This document shows, one piece after another, positions 9,906-22,513 of a stretch of DNA of 64,000 nucleotides. The DNA is taken from the NCBI GenBank assembly GCA_018396695.1, contig JAGTQU010000001.1, positions 117 through 64,116 of the forward strand. Direction: 5' to 3'. A model generated the notes under the pieces. That model was not told the origin of the DNA and ran no database searches. It was given only the letters and a program-made list of their open reading frames with translations. Made by a program: the position numbers and the translations under genes. The stretch comes from Candidatus Bathyarchaeota archaeon. Its GTDB lineage: Archaea > Thermoproteota > Bathyarchaeia > TCS64. The first letter of the stretch is position 1. Every line of letters starts with the position of its first letter.

Positions 9906-10361
9906 ATGGTACTCGTCTCGGTGATAATGGGGAGTACATCCGACAGGGAGCTTGGAGAGAAGGCTGCATCAACGCTCAAAGAGTTTGGGGTCGACTGTGA
10001 GCTCAGAATCCTTTCTGCCCATAGAACCCCAAAAGAGCTGGCTGAATATGTAGAAAAATCTTCAGCCTCGATTTACATAGCAATCGCTGGGCTATCCGCT
10101 GCTCTACCTGGCTTCATTGCGGCACATACTTTGAAACCAGTCATAGGTGTGCCAAAAGATGTTAAATTAGGTGGTTTAGATTCGCTGCTTTCCATCGTGC
10201 AAATGCCTCCTGGTGTTCCTGTAGCTTGTGTTGGTATAGACTCGATTGAAAATGCTGTGCTGTTGGCTGTTGAGATACTATCCTTGGCGGATAGAAGGTT
10301 AGAAGAGCGGCTTAAAGATTATAGGTTAAAGATAGCTAGTTTTTCTTCTCGACATATTTAA
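9906..10361 (+). CDS. purE: N5-carboxyaminoimidazole ribonucleotide mutase / AIR carboxylase
   Basis: 151 aa; [33 protein letters not shown] motifs. Confidence 0.85.
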   Translation: MVLVSVIMGSTSDRELGEKAASTLKEFGVDCELRILSAHRTPKELAEYVEKSSASIYIAIAGLSAALPGFIAAHTLKPVIGVPKDVKLGGLDSLLSIVQMPPGVPVACVGIDSIENAVLLAVEILSLADRRLEERLKDYRLKIASFSSRHI

Positions 10362-11151
10362 CTATAGATTCTAAGATATACCGTCCATCTCCGAATTCTG
10401 GTCCACCTTCTTCTCTTGTCCAATCCGGCATAAGCCATTTGAAATATGCTCGTTCAGGATGCGGCATCAATCCTAGAACGTTCCCCTCCCGGTTACAGAT
10501 CCCGGCTATATCATGGAAGGAACCGTTAGGATTATCCCAAGGCTCCCCTTCTGGAAAAGAACCGTCTGCTTTCACGTATCTGAATGCAAGTTGATCATTT
10601 TCATAAAGTTTTTCAAGATAAGCATCCTGTTTATCTTTTGGAAATAGGAATCTGCCTTCACCATGTGCTACCGGTATTCTAAGTATCATATTCCTTGGAA
10701 CCCCTTTAAGAAGAGGGCACATGCCTTTATTCACATTCCTTATCCTGACCCATCTGCACTGGTATCCATAGGAATTATTTCCTAAAGCTGCCTCAGGATA
10801 TTTCGATTTACCTTGAAAACCTGGTAAAAACCCCATCTCCACGAGCATCTGGAACCCATTACAGATACCTATCACGGGGCGACCAGACTCCACGAATTTG
10901 GATAATTCAGTGCCTATCTTGTATTCGCATTCTTTCGCCCAGATGGCTCCGCTCCTTACATAGTCGCCATAGCTAAAACCGCCTGGAAAGATGATGATAT
11001 CATAATCTAATAGGTTCTTCTCCTTGAAAATCTTCTGTGTATGAATGACGCTTACCTGAACACCTAGGTTCTTAAACGATCTGTATGTCTCAGTATCACA
11101 ATTCGTTCCAGGGGCTCTCATAATAAGTATTTTTATCTCATGTCTTCTCAT
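10336..11151 (-). CDS. purQ: phosphoribosylformylglycinamidine synthase I (glutaminase subunit)
   Basis: Class-I GATase: [14 protein letters not shown] (Cys nucleophile), HGEGRF; start chosen at MRRHEIKIL immediately after purL stop. Confidence 0.8.
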   Translation of the reverse strand: MRRHEIKILIMRAPGTNCDTETYRSFKNLGVQVSVIHTQKIFKEKNLLDYDIIIFPGGFSYGDYVRSGAIWAKECEYKIGTELSKFVESGRPVIGICNGFQMLVEMGFLPGFQGKSKYPEAALGNNSYGYQCRWVRIRNVNKGMCPLLKGVPRNMILRIPVAHGEGRFLFPKDKQDAYLEKLYENDQLAFRYVKADGSFPEGEPWDNPNGSFHDIAGICNREGNVLGLMPHPERAYFKWLMPDWTREEGGPEFGDGRYILESIVKYVEKKN

Positions 11152-13520
11152 CTTGAACCTCCCAGTGGGGTTTTCCACGAAGTGTATAGCTCCTCTAGAG
11201 CTGAGTCTATGAGAATTCGACTTCTATTTCTAACAACTAGGCTCTTCCCTTTAGTCACCCATCCGATCTCGGAAACATGCGAGCCTTTCATCAATTCTTC
11301 AAATTTCTCCTTATATCTTTTTGGCACTTCAACAAGCAATCTTCCGTTAGACTCTGAGAAGAGTATAAAGTCATCTCGAAGCTTCTCTTCCGCGATGACT
11401 GAATCGACAGAGATCTCAAGTCCTAGATCGCCTGTGAAAGCCATCTCAGCAGCGGCAACCGCTAATCCACCTTCAGATAGATCATGACAGGCCTTCACTA
11501 GACCCTCATCGATAGCAGCGGATAGTTTTCTGTACGACTCCGGCACAGAGGCTGCGTCGAGTTTTGGTACGGAGCCGCCAAGTAGGTTAAATAAATGGTA
11601 ATACTCTGAGCCTCCAAGCTCCTTTCTAGTAATGCCTATAAGATATATTGAGTCTCCTATCGACTTGAGGTCCATAGTAATGGCTTTTCTCACATCAGGC
11701 AGTATTCCAAGGGCTGTAATGAGAAGCGTAGGAGCGACAGGTCCAAGAGGAGACTCGTTGTAGAGACTGTCTTTTCCAGAGATGAAAGGCATTTCATACG
11801 CTTTAGCTACGTAGTAGCATGCGCGACATGCGAGAACCAACCCGCCTAGTCGGTCTTCCCGTTCAGGATTCCCCCAAGTAAAGTTATCCAAAAGAGAGAT
11901 CCTCCTGCCGCCGACAGCGATGTTATTTCTTACGGCTTCGTCGATAACTGACGCAGCCATCCAATACGGATCGATCTTTCCGAATCGAGGATTCATACCT
12001 GATGATATTGAGATCCCGCGCCACGAGTCGTCTAAGGGCTTCAATACTGCCGCATCGTTTGGACCGGCTCTCCACCCTTGAAGAGGCTTAATAACAGTGC
12101 ATCCTTTCACCTCATGATCATATCTCCTAACAACGGTCTCTTTACTAGCTATGTTCGGAGCTGAGAGAAGCCTGTTAAGGATCGCACTCAGGTCATCAGG
12201 TTGACTGAAATTTGGCTCATCAATTTTCTGAGGCTTCCAGAAAGTTTTCCTCCTCGATCTCGGAGGATTGAAAAGGTCTTCAAGGTCTAGCTCCGCTACA
12301 AGCTCATCTTCATAGTATACCTTCACCAGCCTATTCTCCAGGTATTTTCCTATCACCGTAGCTTCGACCTGCTCATCCTCAAAGATCTGGAGGACTCTCT
12401 CCACGTTCTCCGCTGGTACGGATAGAAGCATTCTTTCCTGAGATTCTGAGATCCAAATCTCCCAAGGTCTCATTCTAGGATATTTCAACGGCACCTTATC
12501 TATCTGGACTTCAGCTCCTAACATGAATTTATCAGCGGTTTCACAGACTGCACAGCTAATTCCTCCCCCGCCTAGATCAGTTATCGCCGAGCCAAGATGC
12601 TCATCACTGATCTGTTTTATGGCCCTCTTAAGCTTCTCCTCCTCAATTGGATTGCCTATTTGCACGGCTGGTCTTGAAATCATCTCAGATTTTTCAGTCA
12701 ACTCTGTTGAAGCAAAAGTTACTCCATGGATACCGTCGAGACCAGTACGCCCGCCTGCAAGTATGATGCAGTCTCCTAACTCCACTTTTTTAATGTACTG
12801 ACTCTTTTTTAGGATGCCTATACAGCCTGCATAGACAACAATGTTTCCCGTATAGTCTTCATCGAAATATACTGCCCCATTTACAGTGGGTATTCCTACA
12901 CTGTTACCGTAGGAACCTATTCCCTCCACTACGCCACTGAACAGATATGATGGATGCTTTATTCCCTCAGGCAGAGAAATATAATCAACGTCTAGAGGCC
13001 CGAAGCAGAGTACATCAGTGCATGCTATCGGCTCAGCCCAAACGCCTAAAATGTCTCGTATCACGCCTCCTATGCCTGTAGCTGCTCCGCCGAACGGCTC
13101 AATGGCTGACGGATGGTTATGAGTCTCAACCTTAATAGCTACAGCATATTCGTCATCTAGGTCTACTATGCCAGCATTATCTTCGAATATGCTGAAACAC
13201 CAGCCTGGCTTCATCTCGTCCGCTACTCTTTTTATATAAGTCTTCAAAAGCCCGTCGATCACTCCTTCGGGTGTTTCGATCAAGCCTTTAAACGTTTTGT
13301 GGAAACAATGTTCACTCCAAGTCTGATCGTAGGTTTGGAGTTCAACATCCGTTGCGTCTCTATTAATTGAGTCATAGTGGTCGCGAATGGCGCGCACCTC
13401 TTCTAAGCTCAATCCTAATCCAAGCTGCTTAGCTATCTGTTTCAGCTCTTCATCGCTCGCTCTTCTTAGGTTTATAGAGTAGACTTCAGACTTCCTTGGG
13501 CTTCTGACTATTCTCAGCAT
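11148..13520 (-). CDS. purL: phosphoribosylformylglycinamidine synthase II
   Basis: 790 aa; ETHNHPSAIEPFGGAATGIGGVIRD, duplicated AIR-synthase-like domains; flanked by purS and purQ. Confidence 0.9.
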   Translation of the reverse strand: MLRIVRSPRKSEVYSINLRRASDEELKQIAKQLGLGLSLEEVRAIRDHYDSINRDATDVELQTYDQTWSEHCFHKTFKGLIETPEGVIDGLLKTYIKRVADEMKPGWCFSIFEDNAGIVDLDDEYAVAIKVETHNHPSAIEPFGGAATGIGGVIRDILGVWAEPIACTDVLCFGPLDVDYISLPEGIKHPSYLFSGVVEGIGSYGNSVGIPTVNGAVYFDEDYTGNIVVYAGCIGILKKSQYIKKVELGDCIILAGGRTGLDGIHGVTFASTELTEKSEMISRPAVQIGNPIEEEKLKRAIKQISDEHLGSAITDLGGGGISCAVCETADKFMLGAEVQIDKVPLKYPRMRPWEIWISESQERMLLSVPAENVERVLQIFEDEQVEATVIGKYLENRLVKVYYEDELVAELDLEDLFNPPRSRRKTFWKPQKIDEPNFSQPDDLSAILNRLLSAPNIASKETVVRRYDHEVKGCTVIKPLQGWRAGPNDAAVLKPLDDSWRGISISSGMNPRFGKIDPYWMAASVIDEAVRNNIAVGGRRISLLDNFTWGNPEREDRLGGLVLACRACYYVAKAYEMPFISGKDSLYNESPLGPVAPTLLITALGILPDVRKAITMDLKSIGDSIYLIGITRKELGGSEYYHLFNLLGGSVPKLDAASVPESYRKLSAAIDEGLVKACHDLSEGGLAVAAAEMAFTGDLGLEISVDSVIAEEKLRDDFILFSESNGRLLVEVPKRYKEKFEELMKGSHVSEIGWVTKGKSLVVRNRSRILIDSALEELYTSWKTPLGGSR

Positions 13521-13783
13521 TCAACTTCACTTATCTCATATCTATAATCATCTTTAGTTGGGTTGCTCAAAAGCCTTTGAGACATCTCTTCAATCAATCT
13601 CTCAGCCTCTGCTGCATCCGCCGCCTCTAAAAGTATACGGTAAGCTTTGCTGACTCTGACATCGATGACTTTATAACCTAAACCTTTAAGCGCTTTAGCG
13701 GTCGTTTCCCCTTCCGGATCAGAATAGCCCTCCTTCAACTTAACATAAACGATAGCCTTAAATCTCATCTCATTCACCTTCAA
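13514..13783 (-). CDS. purS: phosphoribosylformylglycinamidine synthase PurS subunit
   Basis: 89 aa; VKLKEGYSDPEGETTAKALKGLGY; immediately upstream of purL. Confidence 0.75.
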   Translation of the reverse strand: MKVNEMRFKAIVYVKLKEGYSDPEGETTAKALKGLGYKVIDVRVSKAYRILLEAADAAEAERLIEEMSQRLLSNPTKDDYRYEISEVEC

Positions 13784-14003
13784 CGATTCGATGAACGTCT
13801 ACATCGATTCGAGGATTAAGTTTCATAGGAGACAATAAAACAAATGATTTAAAGTTTATAAATTCTATTAAGTATTTTTAACAAAATTATTTAAATTTTA
13901 TCATATAAACGTCTACGGTATATTTTTAAAGTCTATTCGAAACATCTTCGGTTTTTCAGTGGATTCTCTAGTCTATAAAGTTAAAAGTATTCGGAGTCCT
14001 AAC

Positions 14004-14240
14004 TCATCTGCTAAGTAAGTGGACTATCAGCGATATCAAGCTTATTATGATCAAGAGAGGAGAGGTTACGAAGACGAAACCGTCTTTACGATAGACCCAG
14101 AGAAGAATCCATGGGACCCGCTCGATGTTCGGTATAAAACGGCTTATGAACGGTATGGCGACTAATATTAATCCTAATATGATGAGCATCAGCCCTAAAA
14201 AAGTAAAAGGCTTGAACGTTGAATCAAGGGCCGACATCAA
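14004..14240 (-). CDS. hypothetical small membrane protein
   Basis: 78 aa, two predicted TM helices; weak support. Confidence 0.3.
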   Translation of the reverse strand: MMSALDSTFKPFTFLGLMLIILGLILVAIPFISRFIPNIERVPWILLWVYRKDGFVFVTSPLLIIISLISLIVHLLSR

Positions 14241-14320
14241 AGTATTTTCATTGTTAAACAGATATTTAAAAACTAATTTTTCTGAAAAGGCAAAGAACTA
14301 TGGGGATCAAATTTTTTAAA

Positions 14321-15691
14321 TTATATCTTTCCCACCTTCTTCATCTTATATCGTTCGTATATTAGATAAGTGTCGTCTCCCTGTTTATAGAACTCGGCAG
14401 AAATTTTCCTATCCAATGAAATTCCATGGAAAATCTTCGTCGGGCTCTTCCAATCTATCGGAACCAGTGGAACAGACAGATCCCTATATTTGTCTCCCAT
14501 CTCAAGCGTTAAAAGGCTTCCCTTGCTTATGACCTTCGCTCGCATTGTAGCTTTGTAGGTCTCGTAGACGCCTTCAAGCTCTCTCTGGATCTTCTCGTAT
14601 TTGAATATAGGAAGCTTATACGGGTCTTCTCCAAGTAACAGTGCCAGAGCATACTCTCCAATATAGTTAAGAGGATAACCGGTTCCGTTGGCTAGTATCA
14701 TGACGCCCACCTTTTTGGCTGGGGTAAACCCCATATATGCTGTGGCTGTTGAGACGCTGCCTCCATGGCTGATCAAGTCATATCCGAAGAAGTTTGAGTT
14801 TATCCCTAATCCGTAACCATAGTATCTAATATAGTCGCTTATGAAAGGCTCATCCGGAGTTTTCACTCTCTGCTTAATCATCTCTCTAATAGAATCTTCG
14901 CTGACCAGTCTTACACCTTTGTATATCCCATTGTTGAGATACATCATAAGGTATTTCGCCATATCTTCAACATTGCTTATGAGACCTCCGTCGCTTAATA
15001 TAGTTCCATAGGGATACGTGCTGGGGAGCCTTTCCCCCTCCTTCGTGACTATGTATGGCACAGCAACATTCGGGTCAAGATCAACATCTTCTTTTCTGAA
15101 ATAGCTCCTCGTCATGCTTAATGGTTCTAAAATTTCCCTCTTCACGTAAGAGATGTAGCTTTCTCTCGATGCTTTTTCTATTATATGTCCTAGGAGGATA
15201 TACCCTTCATTTAGGTAGAACCACCTTTCACCAGGTTTGCAATGCGACCAAGACTCCGCTTCATCTAGAAAATTGAACATTGAGTCGTAGCCGACCATTG
15301 GTAACCATCTGTCAGCTGACTTCATTGTACTCCTTATGACGGCTTCAGCATAAGCAAGGGCTGGAATACCACTCGTATGGCTCATTAAATGCCATATTTT
15401 CACAGGCTCTTGTTTAACTTCTAGTTTGAAGGGTAGAAATTTATCAGCACGATCTTCTACGTTGAGAATCCCCTCCTCCTGGAGCTTCATGATGGCGAGG
15501 CATGTGAAAGACTTCGTAACGCTTCCTATGCAGTATAGTGTCTCAGGAGCAGCGGGGAATCCTTTTGATATGTCTCGAAACCCGAATGCCTTCTTATATA
15601 TTACTTCATCATTTTTAATAGCTGCTATGCTTACTCCAGGGAGTTTTGACTCTGAAATTTTATCGAATACGAATCTATCAAGTTCTTTCAA
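14321..15691 (-). CDS. serine hydrolase, beta-lactamase/PBP-like family
   Basis: 456 aa; SxxK motif in CIGSVTKSFT; class-C beta-lactamase/esterase-like length. Confidence 0.75.
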   Translation of the reverse strand: MKELDRFVFDKISESKLPGVSIAAIKNDEVIYKKAFGFRDISKGFPAAPETLYCIGSVTKSFTCLAIMKLQEEGILNVEDRADKFLPFKLEVKQEPVKIWHLMSHTSGIPALAYAEAVIRSTMKSADRWLPMVGYDSMFNFLDEAESWSHCKPGERWFYLNEGYILLGHIIEKASRESYISYVKREILEPLSMTRSYFRKEDVDLDPNVAVPYIVTKEGERLPSTYPYGTILSDGGLISNVEDMAKYLMMYLNNGIYKGVRLVSEDSIREMIKQRVKTPDEPFISDYIRYYGYGLGINSNFFGYDLISHGGSVSTATAYMGFTPAKKVGVMILANGTGYPLNYIGEYALALLLGEDPYKLPIFKYEKIQRELEGVYETYKATMRAKVISKGSLLTLEMGDKYRDLSVPLVPIDWKSPTKIFHGISLDRKISAEFYKQGDDTYLIYERYKMKKVGKI

Positions 15692-15819
15692 ATCATTTCA
15701 CTAAGCAACTTATGATTTTCTCAAAATAAAAATCACTCTCCTAAAATCGAACGAATACGAAAAAGCTTTAAGTTAAATCTATTCCTTCGGATACGAATAC
15801 CTAGTAAGAATGCGCTGGA

Positions 15820-16473
15820 TTGATCGAAATGAGAATGATCATTCTAGGACCTCCCGGTTCAGGGAAGGGGACGCGTGCCAAGATAATTGGAAAGCTCTAT
15901 GGGATACCTGTAATAACTACAGGAGATCTTCTGAGGGAGGCTGTTGCAAGTGGAACAGAGCAGGGGAGAACTGCAAAAACCTATATTGAACGTGGAGAAC
16001 TTGTTCCAGATGAGATAGTCATAAGCATAATCGAGGAAAAGCTGAAGAGGGAGGATTTGAGAAAAGGCTTCATCCTCGACGGGTTTCCTCGCAATCTGAT
16101 TCAAGCTGAAGCCCTTGACAGGATTCTCCGAAGTAATGGGGTAGAGCTAGATTTCGTATTATACGTAAAGGCTGAGCCAGAGACGATCGTTAAAAGGCTT
16201 TCCTTGAGAAGGTCGTGTCCAAGATGTGGCTCAATATACCATTTGAAGGATAAGCCTCCTAAGAATTATGAAGTATGCGATGAATGTGGGGGCAGGCTCA
16301 TCCAAAGGTCGGATGATAGAGAGGAGGTTATATTGCACCGTCTTGAGATATATGAGGAATCGACTAGACCGATACTCGAACTATACATGAATCAAGGAAA
16401 AGTTAGAGAGATAAGCGGCGAGATGGAGATGGATGAGATCCCGGGTGCGATTCGCCGGGCTCTCGAGGGCTAA
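15820..16473 (+). CDS. adk: adenylate kinase (long form with zinc-finger LID)
   Basis: P-loop ILGPPGSGKGT; LID Cys4 CPRCGS...CDECGG. Confidence 0.85.
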   Translation: MIEMRMIILGPPGSGKGTRAKIIGKLYGIPVITTGDLLREAVASGTEQGRTAKTYIERGELVPDEIVISIIEEKLKREDLRKGFILDGFPRNLIQAEALDRILRSNGVELDFVLYVKAEPETIVKRLSLRRSCPRCGSIYHLKDKPPKNYEVCDECGGRLIQRSDDREEVILHRLEIYEESTRPILELYMNQGKVREISGEMEMDEIPGAIRRALEG

Positions 16474-16952
16474 GTCTTGTAACCGATTTTCCTCAGGAAA
16501 CTTTTTCGCCACCTTATTCCCTCCTCGCTCTCAATTCCGCGAGGAGTTTTGCCATCGATGACTCCTAGAACCCCGCGTCCTTGTTCTGTTTCAGCTACAA
16601 CTACTTCTAGTGGATTCGCGGTGGCAGCATATATTGTGCAAAGCTCAGGGACTACTTTAAGCTGATTAAGCACGTTTATCGGATAGGCGTCGCGCATGAT
16701 GATGACGAATGAATGTCCGCAACCGAGTTTGAAGGCGTTTTCAGCAGCTATCTTCTTCAATTCTTCATCGTTTCCCTCGAATCTGACTAAACACTCCCCC
16801 GAGCTTTCACAGAAGGCTAATCCAAACTTGACGCTAGCGGTTGAAGTTGTCATGGCTTCGTATAAATCCTCAACGGTCTTTATGAAGTGACTCTGACCGA
16901 GGATGATGTTGCATCCTTCTGGAATCTCCATTTTTACGATTTCAATCTCCAT
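16470..16952 (-). CDS. conserved archaeal hypothetical protein (possibly adenosine-specific kinase-like family)
   Basis: 160 aa ORF; family assignment from memory only, uncertain. Confidence 0.45.
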   Translation of the reverse strand: MEIEIVKMEIPEGCNIILGQSHFIKTVEDLYEAMTTSTASVKFGLAFCESSGECLVRFEGNDEELKKIAAENAFKLGCGHSFVIIMRDAYPINVLNQLKVVPELCTIYAATANPLEVVVAETEQGRGVLGVIDGKTPRGIESEEGIRWRKSFLRKIGYKT

Positions 16953-17049
16953 GTCGGATCACATATGGATGATTAGTTTTAAAGGTTAAAGAGTCTTACT
17001 TTAAAAAGATATTTAAGATCTCGGAAGTGAGATCGACCTAGGGAGTTAA

Positions 17050-18624
<1,575 letters not shown>

Positions 18625-18679
18625 TCATTAAATAAGGGATAAATAAACTTCTAATATATTAGCTATTGGTTATCAGATG

Positions 18680-19117
18680 TCAAGAATGTATTTTCGCAAT
18701 TAGATCCTTAAAAGTTTCAGTCAACTCGTAATTTGAGAGTTCATCCACCTTCACCCATCGCGCGTCCATCGCATCTGACGAGGGGGATAAAACCCCGCCC
18801 TTGATCTTTGCGAGATATACTATTACTATAAAATGAAATTTTATTCTAGAAGCCTTATCTCTCACAATTTTGTTAAGCACATCCAGCATCTCGATTATCT
18901 CAACCTCTAACCCAGTCTCTTCAAGGGCTTCTCGTATAGCAGCATCCGCTACTTTTTCACCTAGCTCGACCAATCCTCCGGGAATAGTCCAAAGATTTGC
19001 ATCAGGTTCAGCTGCACGTTTAACGAGAAGATATTTATCGCCGTTTTTTATCAAGACTCCGACGCCTATTAAAGGTCTTTTCGGGTAGAGACGTCTGTCA
19101 AAAGTCTCATTATCCAT
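18680..19117 (-). CDS. Nudix hydrolase
   Basis: Nudix box GGLVELGEKVADAAIREALEETGL. Confidence 0.8.
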   Translation of the reverse strand: MDNETFDRRLYPKRPLIGVGVLIKNGDKYLLVKRAAEPDANLWTIPGGLVELGEKVADAAIREALEETGLEVEIIEMLDVLNKIVRDKASRIKFHFIVIVYLAKIKGGVLSPSSDAMDARWVKVDELSNYELTETFKDLIAKIHS

Positions 19118-19167
19118 CTGATTGCCAGTAGATTTATAGCTATTCTCTCCTTAAAGAAGGTTAAGGA

Positions 19168-19872
19168 TTGAGAACATTCAGAGTCCTCTTTTTCACTCAA
19201 GGCTTCTACGGAGATAGGATAGTTGAAAACATAAAAAGACTCGCTCCGGAAAACTGGGAGATTCTTAGCCTCCAAATTCCAAAAGAACTGCCGCAAATCA
19301 TCGAAAAACCTGAAGAGATAGTCAAAGGATTCAAACTCTCAAGGGTGTGGGATTTAATAGTCTTTCTGGGCGAATCTCCTTCCGCCTTTATGCTTCTCCC
19401 CTCAATAGTAAAAGAAACCTCAGCCTCCAGCGTTATAGCGCCCGTAGACGATTACTCGTGGCTACCCCTCGGGCTTGAAAGACAGATTAGGGGCGAGCTT
19501 CAAAGTCTTGGCATAGGCATCGCGTTTCCTAGACCCTTCTGCTCATTAACTTCTACAGGTATAGGTGCTATAGATAAATTCGCTGAACTATTTGGAGCCC
19601 CTAAGCTCGAGATCGTTCTGAGTCAAAATATTATAAAATCTGTTAAAGTTGTAAGGGGTGCCCCCTGCGGATCGACATGGTATGTAGCGGAAAAACTGCC
19701 AGGAAACAAAGCTGAATCAGCTGAGCATAGAGTCGCCATTCTGGTTCAGACATACCCGTGCTTGGCTTCGAGGAGGTTCGAACGAATTTTATCAGATGCT
19801 CCAATCCATGTCTCTGCTAGAATTATCTCAAAATCTATTTCTGACGCTATAAAAAACATTGATGATGAATAG
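19168..19872 (+). CDS. conserved archaeal hypothetical protein
   Basis: 234 aa intact ORF, no recognisable motif. Confidence 0.4.
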   Translation: MRTFRVLFFTQGFYGDRIVENIKRLAPENWEILSLQIPKELPQIIEKPEEIVKGFKLSRVWDLIVFLGESPSAFMLLPSIVKETSASSVIAPVDDYSWLPLGLERQIRGELQSLGIGIAFPRPFCSLTSTGIGAIDKFAELFGAPKLEIVLSQNIIKSVKVVRGAPCGSTWYVAEKLPGNKAESAEHRVAILVQTYPCLASRRFERILSDAPIHVSARIISKSISDAIKNIDDE

Positions 19873-19876
19873 GACT

Positions 19877-21391
19877 TCATCTAAGCATTAATGGCTTCTC
19901 AATCTTCTCCATTTGAACAAACCTGCTCATTGGGGTTGATGTGGTTGACGCTGGATATAATTCAGGAACAATCCTAACCCATATGGGAAATCTACATTTA
20001 AGAGCTGTTCCTTTAACTATAGCCTCCCCAGGAGGGAGGTCTCCAATCAACTTTGTAAATTCTTCTCCAACTACCTCTCCAAGCCTCTGCTTATCTAGAT
20101 CTTCAAGAGAATGGCAGATTATGTTATTCGCACATTGGGTAATGATGGTCTTCTCGACCGTTGCAAGCCTTTGAGTCACAACCCAGAGCCCAACACCGTT
20201 TCGTCCGCCGTTCGTTGCAATCTCTTTCACTACACTCAGAAGTCTGGCTCGGCTTTCCTTCGTTCCTATCTCGAAAACACCTTTCTGAGGGGCATAATAC
20301 ATAGCTTCCTCTAAAACTATACAAGAGCCAAAGGATTTGTTTTCCAGAGACTCGTTAAAAATTCGTCGTAGAACTTGAGCCACGACGATCTGCTTCTGAG
20401 ACCAAGTATCTTTGCTGTGAGATAGATCCATTATTACTATCTTCTTCTCTTTTAAGAGGTCAACAGGATCAAGAGGAGATAAATCCCCTTCAGGGATCAG
20501 CTTTGACCCGTTCACGGCATTTATAACCTGCTGTCTGTAGCCTTCAAACTCATCTGCCTTTTTGCTGAATCCTAAAGCCTCAGGGTGTACATATTCGATT
20601 GCCTTACGTAGATTGGTTTTGGTAACCTTACTTGAAGAAGCATATAATATTTTGAGTGCCTTCATTAGTATCTTCGTATTCCACCAGGACTTTTGCCAGC
20701 CAAATTCGAACATGTAGTCTTCCCATGGAATGTCCGAAGGTTGGAAAAAATGTATCCAAGGGACCCTGAGAACATTATCTGGTGTCAAAAAATCTATGAG
20801 ACTAGAGTATTCCCCATCCTTATCAATTACGAAGAACCTTACAGGAGGAGTTAAACGCACGGCTCGGGCGATCATGGATATAGCAGTCGTTGTTTTCCCA
20901 GTACCAACAGCTCCACATATAAGGCAGGACTGCCTTATCAAAGAGTATACTCCGAGCTCTATTTCTAGGTCGGTACTCGGATCAATTCCTAAGAAAAGTT
21001 TCCACTGCCCGTTAGGTTTAGTGAATTCGCTGATGATCTCTCTCCCGGCTCTAAATACCGGAGTATTCGGAGGAGGAGGGTGTCTTAAGGGCCTTATCCT
21101 ATCATCCTCGTCTATCCATCCCCATTGATATGCTTCAGCATGCATGGTTGAATCAAAGTCGTTTAGAACTCTCCCCTCGGAGAGAAGCGTCTCCTCGTAG
21201 CTCCTCACCCTTTTCCTAGGATAAACCTTAGTGACTTGATAAACGACAGGTAGATTATTTCTAGGATGGTTTATGAAAACAAGGTCTCCCTTAGCTAGTT
21301 CCTGTCCTTTCCGCGTGACGATAGTTATCTGTTCAATAGGATAATCCCCTGTCTGGCTATAGGTGAATCCAATGGCTAGACTATTATCCAC
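19877..21391 (-). CDS. herA: HerA-type hexameric ATPase/helicase (HAS-barrel + RecA-like)
   Basis: 504 aa; Walker A GAVGTGKTT, Walker B IVLEEA, VVTQR; N-terminal barrel-like domain; partner nurA directly upstream. Confidence 0.75.
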   Translation of the reverse strand: MDNSLAIGFTYSQTGDYPIEQITIVTRKGQELAKGDLVFINHPRNNLPVVYQVTKVYPRKRVRSYEETLLSEGRVLNDFDSTMHAEAYQWGWIDEDDRIRPLRHPPPPNTPVFRAGREIISEFTKPNGQWKLFLGIDPSTDLEIELGVYSLIRQSCLICGAVGTGKTTTAISMIARAVRLTPPVRFFVIDKDGEYSSLIDFLTPDNVLRVPWIHFFQPSDIPWEDYMFEFGWQKSWWNTKILMKALKILYASSSKVTKTNLRKAIEYVHPEALGFSKKADEFEGYRQQVINAVNGSKLIPEGDLSPLDPVDLLKEKKIVIMDLSHSKDTWSQKQIVVAQVLRRIFNESLENKSFGSCIVLEEAMYYAPQKGVFEIGTKESRARLLSVVKEIATNGGRNGVGLWVVTQRLATVEKTIITQCANNIICHSLEDLDKQRLGEVVGEEFTKLIGDLPPGEAIVKGTALKCRFPIWVRIVPELYPASTTSTPMSRFVQMEKIEKPLMLR

Positions 21392-22443
21392 TCCTTTTCA
21401 CCCCAGAAAGGAGCCAGAAAGGAGACTTCTCCTATGCGAGTTCCGAGGTAGCTGATCATTTCAGAGTAAACCTCAGATATAAAACGCTTTGAGATGCGAA
21501 CTTCTTCATCTGCTCGTGCAATAGGCAATGGCAATCCGTTCCAAATACTTGACCAGTAGCAATAAGATGCCACCTCGTTTTCTAGATTTATGGAGAAGGC
21601 TGGAATATCGATTCTGAACGGAGGGATAGCCCAATTGGGTGATAGGCGCATATAATAAGAGTATATCGAGTGCTCTATAACATCCATGAATTGACGCTGT
21701 CTAATGATTTTACTTAATGCAGCTCTCGGGTTGAAAAGCTCTGTTCTCTCTCCAGCCTTCAAAGCATGTAGAAGCAGAAAAGAGTCTGACAAGTCCGTAC
21801 TGTCTTGAAGTCTAAGATGATAAACTAGGTAACGGGCTGATGGACGTTTTACTATCCCTGCTATGGCTATATTATTTTTCGAGCAGAATCTAAGTAGACT
21901 ATTCACTGCATCTACGAGTCTATTCTGGTCCTTCTTACTACCCCTTATGCTCCAAAGATTGCTGAAAGCCAATGGACCGTCGATGAGTAAAAGGTCTGTT
22001 TGAGGAGTCTCTTGGACAAAGCTATAAGCTGTTTCAAAGAGTTTAGCTTCTCTTCTTACATTTATCACTCCATCAGATCTACCTCCCGCGACAGTATATG
22101 GGAGCTCAATGCATTCGGGGGGATGGAAAAATCTTCTTCCAGATGAAGCTGAATAAACGAGTGCGCTTATTATGCCGTATCTTCTTGAGGCTAGAGGCAA
22201 TACTTGGCTCCCTGCATCTACCCCAGCAACTTCATGGAACTCTTCACTCTTCTCGACACCTACGGGGTTAACTTTCCTCCGTATATAGGTGGCTAACTCT
22301 CTGATATTTTTAAACTCTTTTAAAATATCTTCAGAAACCTTTTTTATGAGTACCTGCCGAATTGCTAAGCTTATATGCGAATTCTCTAGATCATCTATAC
22401 TATGGATTTTAGCCTCATTGTTTTTTTCATTTTGAATAAGCAA
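21376..22443 (-). CDS. nurA: NurA-family nuclease
   Basis: 355 aa; GVDAGS and LLIDGPLAF motifs matching NurA catalytic Asp motifs; overlaps herA by 16 nt. Confidence 0.6.
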   Translation of the reverse strand: MLIQNEKNNEAKIHSIDDLENSHISLAIRQVLIKKVSEDILKEFKNIRELATYIRRKVNPVGVEKSEEFHEVAGVDAGSQVLPLASRRYGIISALVYSASSGRRFFHPPECIELPYTVAGGRSDGVINVRREAKLFETAYSFVQETPQTDLLLIDGPLAFSNLWSIRGSKKDQNRLVDAVNSLLRFCSKNNIAIAGIVKRPSARYLVYHLRLQDSTDLSDSFLLLHALKAGERTELFNPRAALSKIIRQRQFMDVIEHSIYSYYMRLSPNWAIPPFRIDIPAFSINLENEVASYCYWSSIWNGLPLPIARADEEVRISKRFISEVYSEMISYLGTRIGEVSFLAPFWGEKEWIIV

Positions 22444-22513
22444 GATTTACATCCCGACCGAAGTTTTCTGCTTAACACTTTTTTTCTAGGATATTTAAAC
22501 CCTACGATCAATA

